A stretch of 64,000 nucleotides of DNA. It comes from Anolis carolinensis. Its lineage: Eukaryota. Positions 38,880-51,698 of the stretch are shown here, one piece after another; the first letter of the stretch is position 1; every line of letters starts with the position of its first letter. The DNA lies in contig NC_085843.1 of the NCBI RefSeq assembly GCF_035594765.1, forward strand, positions 100,603,971-100,667,970, given 5' to 3'. A program made the translations under genes and the position numbers. The notes under the pieces are model-generated. The model ran no database searches. It was not told the origin of the DNA and was given only the letters and a program-made list of their open reading frames with translations.

Positions 38880-39320
38880 GCAACCAGAAGAGGCCAGCGC
38901 CAGGCAAGCAAGAGAAGAGAGGGCTCTCCCTCCCTTCAGGCCAAACATACCAGCTGGTCGGTTGCCCCGCAGACTCGACCCGCGCTTCTCCCGGCCCCAC
39001 AAGACTTCCAACTCACTTCTGTTTTCCAGTCAAGACCGAAAAAAGGAATGCGAGAGAACGAGTGGGACGAGGCGCTCACCTTTCCGGGAGAGAGAGAGGC
39101 AGCACCGGCCTGCGAAGGAGGGGGCGGAGGAGCTCGGGGAGAAACAACATGGCGGCGACGGCTGCGCCATGGGGGCGGGGCTGATGCTCCCGCGTGATCC
39201 CGGGCGCGAGGGGGCCGCCTCTCCGCCTAGTGGAGGGAAGGCTGGGGCCGAGGGGCGGGGCTTCCCTCGGGCTCACTTTCTGGACGGCGCTCTCTTTCTC
39301 ATCAGCCTCTGGTAGATCAG
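38880..39320 (-). promoter_or_regulatory. RAB9A CpG-island promoter / non-coding exon 1
   Basis: GC/CpG-rich; GC boxes GGGGCGG; YY1-type AACATGGCGGC 39146-39156; minus-strand donor AAAG|GTGAGC with exon end 39080 (alternative GAA|GTGAGT near 39017). Confidence 0.8.
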
Positions 39321-39393
39321 GATTTGGCAGCGCCTTGATACTGAGCCTGCATCTACGGTAGAACTAATCCACATAAGGCGGCCTATAAATAAA

Positions 39394-39443
<50 letters not shown>

Positions 39444-39444
<1 letters not shown>

Positions 39445-40840
39445 GTGTTGTCGAAGGCTTTCACGGCCGAAATCACAGGATTGCTGTGAGTTTTCCGGGC
39501 TGTATGGCCATGTGCCAGTAGCATTCTCTCCTGACGTTTCGCCTGCATCTATGGCAGGCATCCTCAGAGGTTGTGAGGTCTGTTGAAAATGAGGCAGAGG
39601 GCTTTACATATCTATGGAATAATGTCCAGGGTGGGAGAAAGAACTCTTGTCAGGACAGTAAATAAAGAACACCATTCAGAAAAACAGAAATTCTAGACAT
39701 GAAACAATCAGTGCCAGGCAGCTAACACCTCCCAACAAAGGATTCCCCCAGGCAGTAAGCAGCCAGACCTTGAAGCTGAAAAACTATACAATGCTAATCA
39801 AGGTGGCCAATTGCAACATTCACTCTTGCCTCCAACAGACAAGAGGTCTTTCTCCCACCCTGGACATTATTCCACAGATATATAAACCCCATTTGCCTAG
39901 TTTCCAACAGACCTCACAACTGCTGAGGATGCCAGCCATAGATGTGGGGGAAGCATCAGGAGATAATGCTTCTGGAACATAGCCATACAGCCTGGAAAAC
40001 TCACAGCAACCCAATGATTCCAACCATGACAGCTTTCGACAACACATTGAACTCTTGTTTGTTTGAGGCATGTGTGAATGTTGCAATTGGCCACCTTGAT
40101 TAGCATTGAAAAGCCTCGCAGCTGGCTGTTGCAGCCTGGGGGTATCCTTTGTTTGGGTGCCTTAAATTGTTTGGTTAACTTGCACTTGATTGATGGCAGT
40201 TTGGAATTCCCCAGTTTTGGGACCCAAACGCAGCACCCAAACACAAATCAAGAAACATGGAAGGCATTGCAGACTATTTCAGCCAGAAAAGTCAGCCATA
40301 GCAGAGCACTTGATGAACCAACCTGGGCACAGACTATTATTGGAGAACACAGAAATGTTGGACCACTCTCACAACCACCATATCAGACTACACAGTGAAG
40401 CCATTGAAATCCACAAGCAGGTGGACAATTTCAACAGAAAGGAGGAAACCATGACAATGAACAAAATCTGGTCACCAGTATTTTAAAACTCTAAAATCAG
40501 GACAGTAAATAAAGAGCAACACTCAAAAAACTGGGGAATTCAAAGCTGCCACCAATTGCCAGTTAACACCTCCCAAAGGATCCCCCCAGGCAGCAACAGC
40601 CAGGATTTGAAGCTGCAAGGTTTTTCAGTGCTGATCAAACTGGCCAGCTCCAACATTCACTCTTGCCTCACACAGACAAAAGTTCTTTCTCCCACCCTGG
40701 ACATTCCAGATATATAAACCCCCTGTATCATTTCAAACAGACCTCAAACCTCTGAGGATGCTCCCATAGATGCAGGTGAAACATCAGGAGAGAATACTAC
40801 TAGAACATGACCATACAGCTCGAAAAACTCACAACAACCC
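39444..40840. mobile_element. Cluster of Penelope fragments: two inverted pairs (39444-40046; 40049-40840)
   Basis: tgtgttgtcgaaggctttc / agctttcgacaacaca ends; GIY-YIG C-terminus in ORF 40190-40486. Confidence 0.85.
39530..39570 (-). ncRNA. Minimal hammerhead ribozyme (Penelope-associated), core intact
   Basis: Minus strand CCU-CUGAGGA-U-GCCUGC-cauagau-GCAGGC-GAAA-C-GUC-AGG: CUGANGA and GAAA boxes, 6-bp helix II, palindromic ACGU helix III, GUC cleavage triplet, CCU/AGG helix I. Confidence 0.75.
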
Positions 40841-41734
40841 AGAATTAATGCAGTTTGAGACCACTTTAATTGCTATGGCTTAGCGCTATGGAATCCTCGA
40901 AGTTGTTGTTTATTGGGGCACCAATACTATTTGGGAGGAGCTTTGTACGGCCTTTGTAAAGCTAGAAATCCCATGGCAGTTAAAGAGGTGTCAAAACACA
41001 TTAATTCCACAGTGCAGATGCCCCCCCCCCCCAAGGTTTTCTTCCACAGAAGTAGGAGGAAGTAGACTTAAATCTACGAAGGCTGGCATCTGGGGAAGTA
41101 GATTTCGGGTGTATCTGCACTGCAGAATCGATGCAGTTTGAAACCATTTTAACTGCTTTCTTTGCCAAAGAGGTCTGGTGCCTCATCAAGCTACAAATCC
41201 CAGGATCTCAAAGCATTGAGTTATGGTGGTTAACACCATATCAAGCGCCATTACTTCCACAGCGCAGGAGCACCCTAAGTCTAGGAAGGCTTATGCTACT
41301 TCTCTTCAGTTTCAAAGATACAATAATATGTTGGATTTTTTTAAAAATACATAGTACAGTGCTTTGTGTGTGCAGAATTATACAAGAAATGCTATACCGC
41401 AGAAGATGTTTCCCAGACATTTCTGAGGCCAAGATAATAAGCTGCCAAGGTGTGGGAGGAAGCCAGAGCTGTCAAGAATCAGGAACAGGACAGTTGGTTC
41501 CCCATCTAGAAGAACAGAAGGTGACTTTTGCAGCATCATTGTACTGAACTTTGGAGGACATTAACTTATATTCCATTGCATACGAGGGAACGTAAAATAT
41601 AATCTCCATTTTAGTAAGTGAAGCTCTGCAATAGTATTTGGTGATGTGGCTACAGAATCTGACAGGTCCAAACTAGGGAGAACATCTGATTTACAGCCTT
41701 GTGACCTTCTGATCTAGAGTGACCAATGTGTGGT

Positions 41735-41852
41735 GGAGCCTCTTTCTCTGGAGGTTTTTAAGCAGAGGCTGGATGGCCATCTTTTGGGAGTGCTTTGATT
41801 GTGTTTCTGCATGGAAGAATCAGTTTGGACTGGATGGCCCTCTATGATTCTA
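41735..41852 (+). mobile_element. CR1 3' end fragment
   Basis: aagcagaggctggatggccat ... ctatgattctat. Confidence 0.75.
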
Positions 41853-43124
41853 TTAATATAAAATGTACGTAAGTCTTCTTATAGAAGAGGTAGGCCTGTT
41901 GTTTGTTGCTGTCGTTGTGCTGTCCCCAATATCATTTTTGTTATTCAATTGGTTTCTCTTTCACTGTAATAGATTCATATAAGGAGAAATAAAAAGTTAG
42001 GCTTAGGTTCCAGGACTCCCCGTGAATACCAAAGTCAGATGTTCAAGTCACATTATATATAATGGTGTAGTAAAATAGCATCCCTTATATAAAATTTACA
42101 ACATTAAGGTTTGCTTTTGGGATGGGGGGGAGGGGTATTGTCAATCTATAGGGCTGAAAGTGGTGAATACGGAGGGCTGACTGTATTTACAATGTTAAAT
42201 ACATATCATAGGTACTAGCTATTAGAAAGAATGGGATACCATTAAAATGCTGTCTCAACACAAGGTTTTTATTTTGATCAAAGTCAAAAAAGCTTTGGGT
42301 TACTATATCTCAGTGTGAGTTGCTAAGAAGCACAAGCTCTCCTACAACAGATCCGTAATGATTATTATTGCTCAAGCTTGAAGATTCAAATCATACCACA
42401 TTGATGTTGATTCTCGGATATGGTTGGGCTGTGACTCTCATATTCAGGAATGATGGATGTAGGACAACAAACTCTGGCACCACTGGCCTAAATAACATGT
42501 TTATTAATCATTTGACCTCTAATAGCTCCAACTTCCCAGCAGTTCATACTGAAGCCATTGGAGTCTCCAGTGAGATTTCTGATGCCAAAAAATATCTCTG
42601 CCAGGGTTTGTTGTTGGGTAATGGGGTTCATTGGATTAGCACCATTCCTAAGATGTTTGTCAGGCCTCTTGCAAGATAAACGGAACAATGTCTGAACTAA
42701 GTAGCACTCTGTTTTCCCACACAACTTTTTCAAGATAAAAAATGGGGCTATTGAACAGGAGACCTGCCTCTCTTGCACTTTTGGCACATTTTGACTAGTC
42801 TTTTCTATGACCCTAACCAGTAAGGGATTGTATGGTGACCAAGATAACAACAAAGTCATATAATCAATAAGATTTGACTATTGGGGCAAAGTTTTTGAGG
42901 ACAAACAAATTCACTCCCTTCTCTCAAGACTGAACTGATAAAATGGTGAGTAAATATCCCCATTGCCAGGGCTAATTCACTGCCTTGGCAACAGAGGACA
43001 TTCCCCAGTTTATCAAGGATACACTCCCAGTTTAATATTTTTAAAGCCCCTTTAGGGGGGAAAAACATGAGGTCTGATTTCAAGCTATATGAAAACATTC
43101 ATTTAAATTAGTTCCTTACAGCTG

Positions 43125-43955
43125 CCGAGAGATATACCAAAGAAGACTACTATTTAACTTATCACAGAATTATCAAACACTATCATCATTGAATAATGAC
43201 TATAAATTGTTTACAACCATCCTGGCTAAAAGACTGAAACGTATACTTCAGCAGTTTATTTATCAGGATCAATCTGGGTTTTTTGTCTAAAAGACAACTA
43301 TGAGACAACGTGAGGAATGTATTGGATATTTTGGAATATGTGGAAAGACATAATGAAAAATAAGAGGCTTTGATCTTTTTAGATGAAGAATTTTTTATAA
43401 TAATCTCAATTAGCCATTTAGGTACTGGGGCATATTGATTTAGGAGAGAATTTCATAAAATGGATAAAATCAATTTATACTAGGCAGACTGCACAAGTAG
43501 TTGCAAATGGAAATTTAACCAAGCCATGTGAAATTCAGAAGGTGACTAGACAAGAATGCCTATTCTCACTACTTCTAGTTATACTTGTTCCCGAAGTACT
43601 TTTAAGGGACATATGATATGAGGAAAGGATTTCTGGAATAGAGATTAAAAAGGAAAATTATAAATTGTGAGAATTTGCAGATGATTTGGTGTTTACTTTA
43701 GAAAACCCACTGAACGGAACAGAAGTCTTGAGAAAACTGAATGATTTTGGAACTTTAGTGGGATTTAAAATCAATTATCAGAAAAGTTTTCACTAAAAAT
43801 ATGGATATAAAAGAACAGAAAAATTGTTGGATATAACAGTTTTAAAAATAGATTTTTAAAGGTAATGTGTCTCGGTGTCACTTGGACAAATAAAATTGTC
43901 TACTGTTCCAAAATAATTATGAAACTTTGTGGATAGATATTTTAAAAGACTTACT
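43125..43955 (+). mobile_element. Degraded L1-clade reverse transcriptase fragment
   Basis: Remnants NDYKLF..ILAKRLK, DQSGF, LIFLD, RQECL(RQGCP) and FADD; multiple stops and frameshifts. Confidence 0.8.
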
Positions 43956-44431
43956 ACAGTGTTCTTCATTTAAAATATTGCATTGTTCTCCCATTTGTTT
44001 TTTGTTTTTTTGCACTATAAATAATATATATGCAGTGTGCATAGGAACTGGTTCATGTTTTTTCCAAACTAGTCCAGCTCCTCAACAGTCTGAGGGATCG
44101 TGAACTGGCTCTTCGCTTAAAAAGTTTCAGGACCCAACACGGATTCTAGATTATGGAATGCAACTCACAGAATTTGTCTAGATCCTAGAGGGTCGCCTGA
44201 GTCACACTCTTGCATAAATCTAATAGTTCCAAACATAATAGACACATTGGGCTTAACCATTGGATTTAGGCCACTCTCTTCAGTAGTTCTGTAACTATTT
44301 TGTCATATTCATTTTTTCCAGAATTCATGACAAACATTAATAGAGCTTGAACATATTTTCTTATTCAATTAATTGCTTTTTTAATAATTCCAATTATTCT
44401 TTTCTGAAATCACCATCATTGCAGGATATAG

Positions 44432-45484
44432 TCATAAACAATTCCACCTGTTGTGGTACCACTGCTCCCCACATTCATTACATATTACGTAAGTCATCAT
44501 TTGTTCATCTGGATCTGTGCTTCGTACCCAACCAGGAAGGAAAAGAGCTCCCCTGGCTATCACTGTCACAGTGCAATTAAATTTTTCACAGCGCCTACAT
44601 TTTATTTTATTTGTAAGTGTACCACTGATCCTCTGGGGAAGCTGGTGTTCCTGAACAGCTGATTTTGTATACGAAGCCCGAAGCTGCTTTAGTTCATCAT
44701 GCGCCATTTCCACTGCAGACATACCAGCAAACGTCTGAGGACTGAGAACCCCAATATGCAGGCTATGTTTTAAGTGATAATTTTTAGGATTTTTTAAGTT
44801 AGAGACTTTGCTCCGGATGCTGTTTTTGTACTTTCTATCATTGCCAGCATGAAGTGCAAAAATGTGTTGTTCAATTTCTTCAGCTGTTTTGTGGTGCTTT
44901 GCAATTTCTTCATTACTTGTTGAGGAATCAGTCAATGCTTCAAAAAGAAGTTGTGTGCATTTACCCCTCACAGCCATAATGGGACCATGCTGTTGGCCTG
45001 TTTCACTAACAGAACTGCCGTTTCCCAGATCTGGTTGAGTTGTATTATCTTTCTGCACACAACTGCTAGCATTACTTGAAGGGCTTTCTGATGCCAGACT
45101 GGGGCTGGCAGAACACAATTTGTCCTGCTGGTTCAATTTTCCAATAGAGTTTACATCTTCAGAGACTACTTGAATATGACCAGAATCCTCATTTGCATTT
45201 TCAGATAACCCCAAATGAAGTTGTACTGATGGACTGCAATGCTTTTTATAAATTGCTTTCCACTTTGAGAGCAAGTGCTTTGCCTTCTTTTTCAGTACCA
45301 CAGAGGGACAATTCTGGGAGACTCTGAACACAGCTTTGGCCACATCGGTCTCCTGCAAGTCATCTATGGTGATATCAGCCGTTTCAAGATATGTAAGATG
45401 AATCACAATATCTTGATATTTTCTTTCTGACAGTAGCTTCTCTATACAGTCAGCTCTAGATGTAAGAACTTTTGTATTAGACAT
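44432..45484 (-). CDS. TCEANC: Transcription elongation factor A N-terminal and central domain-containing protein (350 aa)
   Basis: Likely start MSNTKVLTSRAD after acceptor ttttcAG| (exon start 45492). TFIIS N-terminal domain (LQETDVAKAV..KKKAKHLLSKWK), central domain (YKNSIRSKVSNLKNPKN), Zn ribbon CRRC..PDEQMM..CNECG; position next to RAB9A. Confidence 0.95.
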   Translation of the reverse strand: MSNTKVLTSRADCIEKLLSERKYQDIVIHLTYLETADITIDDLQETDVAKAVFRVSQNCPSVVLKKKAKHLLSKWKAIYKKHCSPSVQLHLGLSENANEDSGHIQVVSEDVNSIGKLNQQDKLCSASPSLASESPSSNASSCVQKDNTTQPDLGNGSSVSETGQQHGPIMAVRGKCTQLLFEALTDSSTSNEEIAKHHKTAEEIEQHIFALHAGNDRKYKNSIRSKVSNLKNPKNYHLKHSLHIGVLSPQTFAGMSAVEMAHDELKQLRASYTKSAVQEHQLPQRISGTLTNKIKCRRCEKFNCTVTVIARGALFLPGWVRSTDPDEQMMTYVICNECGEQWYHNRWNCL

Positions 45485-46680
45485 TTCAAATCCTGAAAAG
45501 AAATGGAAAGAATTATGTTTTTCTGAAGTCACTTTATGCTTGTAAATTAATACAAGCACAACAAATGTAATCAAATTGAGATCATTTTTCTGGATGAATA
45601 GATGCATTTTCAATAAATATCCCATCCAACATTCAATAAACTTATTTTGGAATGTCATATGTTTTCTTGATACTTATTGTCATGCCCTAGGAGTAGGGAA
45701 TAATTATTTTAATTACATAAAACAAAATTAGTAATGCTGTAACCTATGTAGAATGACTAAGTAAATCAGATAATGTATGATAATGTAGTTCTAAGTAAAA
45801 AGAAATGGTCTGCACATTACACGATTGTAGGGTACATAAACATTTCCTATGGTGTCTCTTAAGCACAGGATACTTAATTCTCGCAAAGCAAGACATTTTG
45901 CAGCTGTTTGAAGGCTATACAAAACTACAACCAGCAATCAATTTTACCTGATAGTGGGAACTTGGCTAGGAGTGTAGCTCTCCAAGCTGTTTTTAGCCCT
46001 TAATCCCTCCAAACTCCCAGATCTGTGCTTTTTTTCCGACCAAAAAAATTGCACCTTTCTGGAAGAATCTAGCACTGGTGACATCCTTTTAAAAGATTGC
46101 AGCCTACCCTATGGTTAATGGCTGGGCATTTAAAACAACCCTTTTTCCAGACTAAAATTGTTTTTTCCTCTTGTTCTGGATGGGTGAGGCCATTTTAGCC
46201 AATTCACATAGTTCTAAAGAACTAGCCTCTGAACAAACCACAATTGCCCAACCCAATTTATACAGAAAAGTACAAGAGGGCTGTAGTTTTTCATTGGGTT
46301 TTTAAAATAGGTTTTTATTGAGTATGTTAATGGCATACAGAATACAAAAAAAAATCTAAAGATAATAAAATACACATAATACAGGTATGTAATTCTCCCA
46401 AATCCCCCACCAGTGAACCATCACCCATGACTTCCAACACCACCCGGTGTGAAACTAACATCTCAAAAAAAAAAAAAACCTCTATCCTTATCCTAGATTA
46501 ATAAATTCCACTTGCGACTACTTTAATCTATTTTTATCTTTCTTTCTAGATATCCAAATGTAACCCTCCATTTCCTAACAAAGTATTCACTGCTTCCTCC
46601 CTGAATGCTATTAGATAGCTTGGCCATTTGGGGGGAAAAGAGCTAATACTAAAGGACTGGAGAGAAAAATTATTAAAGTA

Positions 46681-46988
46681 CAGTAGAGTCTCACTTATCC
46701 AATGTTCTGGATTATCCAACGCATTTTTGTAGTCAATGTTTTCAATGCATTGTGATATTTTGGTGCTAAATTCGTAAATACAGTAATTACTACATAGCAT
46801 TAATGTGTAATGAACTACTTTTTCTGTCAAATTTGTTGTATAACATGATGTTTTGGTGCTTAATTTGTAAAATCATAACTTATTTTGATGTTTAATAGGC
46901 TTTTTCTTAATCTCTCCTTATTATCCAACATATTCACTTATCCAACGTTCTGCCAGCCCGTTTATGTTGGATAAGTGAGACTCTACTG
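46681..46988. mobile_element. Tigger-like MITE in TCEANC intron
   Basis: Perfect TIR CAGTAGAGTCTCACTTATCCAA; TA TSD. Confidence 0.9.
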
Positions 46989-47749
46989 TATATCCAAACA
47001 TCCAAAGGGATGTGTGATACCATGATCCCCTATGGAGCAAAGGCAAGATGTACAGATACAAACCAAATGATACCAAAATTAAAATAACCACCACCAAACA
47101 TGCTTATGGAGTCATGTACATAAATAAGGAATCTTGGCATGGCCAAATGATATCAGGCTGTTATCACTCCAATTTTCAGATTTGAGCTCCTGTTTCCATG
47201 AATTAGCATAATAACATTTAGCAAAATGATAACAGATTACCTATAGAAAACTTTTAAAGGAAAAAAAACAATTATCCCTCAATACTTTGACATCCTAGAG
47301 TTTCTTGAGATCCAATGTATTTGCAAGGCTGAAGTTCTTGATTTATCATATGGACCAAAAGTAAGACTGCTGGTACCAAACACAGGGTACTCAAAGGAGG
47401 ACATAATACGAATCAGTACTGAGTCCTCAAATGCACTATTAACAGCGAGAGAATTGAAGTTTGAATACCTTGCTTTATTACTTTTGTTGCTTTGTTTTTG
47501 GAGGGCAAACAGAACCTGGTCTTGTCTGCACAACTTGCTTTTTCTGTAACATCTCAAACAAGTAAAATGTAGACCTGTGACTCTAGTATCTGTCTTCACA
47601 CAATTTTATTTATCAATCTATGTTTGAGCCAGGGTGGTTCAAAAGTTAACATAATAATTTTTGCACCTTCTAGTTAACATAATAAAAGTTATCTCCACAA
47701 GGTCGATTTGGGATTTTGTTTCATGGTTAATATGGCTATCCCACATACA

Positions 47750-48630
47750 GAGTCACAGAATTGGAAGAGGCCACGAGGGCTATCCATTCCAACCTCCTGC
47801 GATAAGGAAAATGCAGCATCTGCTTTAAAATTTCCAGAAAAGGAGACTCTATAAATGCTCCAAAGCAAAATATTCCACTATTGAACAGTTCTTACCGTCA
47901 TGAAGTTCTTCCAAATGTTTTGGCAGAATTCCCCCCCCTGCAATTTGAACTCATTGCTCCATGTCTTCATCTCCAGACCAGTAGAAAACAAGCCTGCCCC
48001 CTCCTCTGTGAGACATCTTTTCAGACATGGCTCTCATGTCCTCTCTCAGGGCCTTTCCACATAGCCATATAACCCAGAATATCAAGGCAGAATAACCCAC
48101 AAGATCTGCTTTGAACTGGAATATTTGAGGCCCCTTCCACACAGCTATATAACATCCCACATTATCTGCTTTGAACTGGATTATATGGCAGTGTGGACTC
48201 AGATAACCCAGTTTGAAGCAGATATTGTAGATTATCTGCCATGATATTCTGGGTTATATAGCTGTGTGGAAGGGCCCTGAGTCCACACTGGCATATATCC
48301 CAGTTCAAAGCAGATAATGTGAGGACTCAGCCTTTTCTCCAAGCTAAACAAACCTAGCTCCCTTATTCATTATTCACAGGACTTGGTTTCCAAACCTTTG
48401 ATCATTCTGGTTGCCCTTCTCTGGAAAAATTTTAATAACCTTGAATTGCGGTGCCCAGAACTGGACACAGAGTTATTCCAGGTGAGGTCTGACCAAAGCA
48501 GAATAAAGGGGGACTGACATCCCTTGATCTCAACACGATACTCCTTTGATGCAGCCTAGAATTGGACTGGCCTTTATAGCTGCTGCATCACATTGCTGAC
48601 TCATGTTCAGCTTGAGGTCTACTAAGACTG
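47750..48630 (-). mobile_element. CR1 3' region interrupted by a PIF/Harbinger-like MITE (about 48048-48325)
   Basis: Reverse complement of CR1 ORF2 end (cccagaactggacacag, gctgcatcacattgctg); MITE ends gggcctttccacatagcc / gctgtgtggaagggccc. Confidence 0.75.
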
Positions 48631-48954
48631 AGCTTTGGAGTACAGTCAGCCTTCCGTATTCCATGAATTTTTTATCCACAGATACAACCATTGGTTTGAA
48701 ACTGTTTTCTCAAAAAATATATAAACCAAACCTTGATTTTATCATTTTTTAATGGAAGGACCAAGATTTGACTACATCACTATATATAATGGGACTTGAG
48801 CATCCATGGATTTTGATACAAATACTCAAAGACCAGGGTTGAAATCCCCTTCTGACCATGGACTTTGGGTAAATCACTCTCTCAGCCTAAGGGGAAGGCA
48901 ATGGCAAACCTCTTCTGCACCAATATTGCCAAGAAAACCCTGTTAGAAGGTCAA

Positions 48955-49793
48955 CTGTGAGTTTCCCGGGCTGTATGACCATGTTCCAGAAGCATTCTCT
49001 CCTGACATTTTGCCCACATCTATGGCAGGCATCCTCAGAGGTTGTGAGGTAGATTAGAAACTAAGTAAGGGATGTTTATATATCTGTGGAAGGTCCAGGG
49101 TAGGAGAAATAACTCTTGTCTGTTGGAGGCAAGTGTGAATGTTACAATTAATCACCTTGATTAGCATTGAAAAGCCTAGCAGCTTCAAGGCCTGGCTGCT
49201 TCGTGCTTGGGGGAATCCTTTGTTGGGAGGTGTTAGTGGTCCTGATTGTTTCCTGTCTGGAATCCCCCAGTTTACAGAGAGGGGTTCTTCATTTACTGTC
49301 CTGATTCTAGAATTTTTAATACCGGTAGCCAGATGTTGTTCATTTTCATGGTTTCCTGCTTTCTGTTGAAATTGTCCACATGTGTGGATTTCAATGGCTT
49401 CTTTGACATGGTGGTTGAAAATGAACAAGACCTGCCTACCAGTATTTTAAAAAATCAGGACAGAAAATAAAGAACCGCACTCTGAGAACAGGGGAATGCA
49501 AGCCATGAAACAATCAGGGCCAGCTAACACCTCCCAACAAAGGATTCCCCCAGACAGGAATCAGCCAGGCTGTGAAGCTGCAAGGCCATTCAGTGCTAAT
49601 CAAGGTGGCTAATTACAATATCCACACTTGCTTTCAACAGGCATGAGTTCTTTGCCCCACCCTGGACCTTCCACAGATATATAAACAGATGAGGGCGAAA
49701 CGTCAGGAGAGAATGGTTCTCGAACATGGCAATACAGCCCGGAAAACTCACAGCAACCGAGTGATTCCGGCCATGAAAGCCTCCAACAACACA
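48955..49793. mobile_element. Penelope 3' ends in inverted arrangement
   Basis: 48955-49415 reverse, 49416-49793 forward; same family as 37870-38788. Confidence 0.85.
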
Positions 49794-49849
49794 TACGTAT
49801 AATTATTCGAAATGTAATCCCAAAGTCACTTTTCCCCAAAAAGTACAAG

Positions 49850-50060
49850 TCACCTTATCGCTGCGGAACTTCCTAAGGAAGCATTTGGGTTCACCCTCGG
49901 CGGCCCCGACCCCCTTCCGCCCGGTCTTCTAGCACGCATGCGTGGGTTGGAAAGGCCTTTTACAATTCGTTGGACAATATGAGCATGCGCGGCGTGGGCT
50001 GTGTTTGCGCAGCCGCTTCTGCTGTGTCCTTGCAATTGCGCTGGAGCGAGTCGCAGTACA
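49850..50060 (-). promoter_or_regulatory. TCEANC CpG-rich promoter / non-coding exon 1
   Basis: Small CpG island with NRF1-like GCACGCATGCG and GCATGCGC motifs, GC box, and minus-strand donor AAG|GTGACT with exon end 49854. Confidence 0.7.
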
Positions 50061-50254
50061 ACTGTACCGATATCATCTAGAAATGGTATACTTTCCCTTT
50101 GGAAATAAAAAAAAGTTTTTGAAAGTTTAGTGAGAGATTATCCACATTGTACAAACTGCGGCCTGACACCGCTTTAACTGCTATGGCTCAATGCTAGGGA
50201 AATCTTGGGAGCTGTAGTTTGGCGAGGCACCAGCACTCTGGAAGAATTGGCCAA

Positions 50255-50582
50255 AGGTAAAAGGTAAAGGTTTTCCCCTGACGTTAAGTCCAGTCATGTC
50301 TGACTCTAGGGGTTGGTGCTCATCTCCATTTCTAAGCCGAAGAGCCGGCGTCGTCCGTAGACACCTCCAAGGTCATGTGGCCGGCATGACTGCATGGAGC
50401 GCCGTTACCTTCCCGACGGAGCGGTACCTATTGATCTACTCACATTGGCATGTTTTCGAACTGCTAGGTTGGCAGAAGCTGGAGCTAATAGCGGGCGCTC
50501 ACTCCGCTCCCGGGATTTGAACCTGGGACCTTTCGGTCTGCAAGTTCAGCAGCTCAGCGCTTTAACATACTTCGCCATCGGG
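50255..50582 (-). mobile_element. Sauria-type SINE (young, CpG-rich)
   Basis: aaggtaaaggttttcccc tail; near full length. Confidence 0.85.
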
Positions 50583-50601
50583 GACCCTGTACAACTACAA
50601 C

Positions 50602-50720
50602 AGTTTTCCGGGCTGTATGGCCATGTTCCAGAAGCACTCACCTGACGTTTCGCCTGCATCTGTGGCGGGCATTCTCACGGGTTGTGAGGTCTGTCAGAAA
50701 CTATGCAAGGGTTTATATAT
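50602..50720 (-). mobile_element. Penelope terminal-repeat fragment
   Basis: gttttccgggctgtatggccatgttccagaagca...gttgtgaggtctg. Confidence 0.8.
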
Positions 50721-51698
50721 TCATATAGAATCATAAGAGTTGGAAGAGACCACGTAAGCCATCTAAGCCAACCCCCAGCAATGCAGCAAAAGCGCAATCA
50801 AAGTACCCCTGACAGATGGCCATCCAACCTCTGTTTAAAAGTTTGCAAGGAAGGAGCTAAACAAGACTAAGTCTAAATAGACATTCTTTCTCTTGCTTTT
50901 GTTTGAATATATAATGCTATGATGGCATCCCTCCACCCCAGATTAGTCTTCTCAACAACACCACGCATAAAATAATCATTTGTTAAATCAGGGTGAAGTC
51001 TACAAGATATTAATATGTTCTTTATACTCTGGTTAATACAGGGCAAAGTGAATGAGAATTGAGCTGTGATCCAGGAACTCCCCAAGACAAATACTGCTCT
51101 GCATTTTGACTTTTCATCCTTTCAAGAACTATACACTTTGAATCCACTTCATTATTCACTACTTTGAAATTTTATTTTTACACAGAGCTTGCAGCCATGA
51201 CTGATTCTAGAATCCAGTTCTCTGGACAAGTTTCACATAAATAAATAAGTACAGAAAATATTTGCAGATTTTGGAAAAAATTACTTTTGGGTCATCACAT
51301 CACAGAACCATCCAACCAGGATTTTGGGATTTGCAACCCAAAAGGTAGCTTTTCTTAGATCTGCATTATCTTCCAGATATTGGGTGTGGTATGATGTTCC
51401 CTCCTATACTATTGCAGTTTAAATTGCTGACTTCTTCCAGAAATACATTTTTCATCCCGGGCAAGCACATTTGAAAGAATGGAACTTGAATTATAATCAC
51501 TAATCTAACAAAAGAAATTAACTTTAAAATATGTATATAATTGGATGTCATCAAGAGTAGAATTTTTTTTTGAATTAGTTAATTGATCAAATAAGGAGAA
51601 GGAACACTATGCAGCATTGGAAGAGAATGAAAAAAGAACAACATAAAGAAGATAAATCATTGTGGATCCTGAAGGATAATTAGTTACTCTTGTTAGAG

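Noticed and set aside
38811-39315. GC-rich ORFs over the RAB9A island (likewise 16796-17201)
   Set aside because: Expected stop-poor frames in CpG islands; no recognisable domain.
45485-45658. 58-aa N-terminal extension of the TCEANC ORF (408 aa)
   Set aside because: Contains a polypyrimidine tract and AG acceptor at 45493-45494; similarity to known TCEANC starts at MSNTK.
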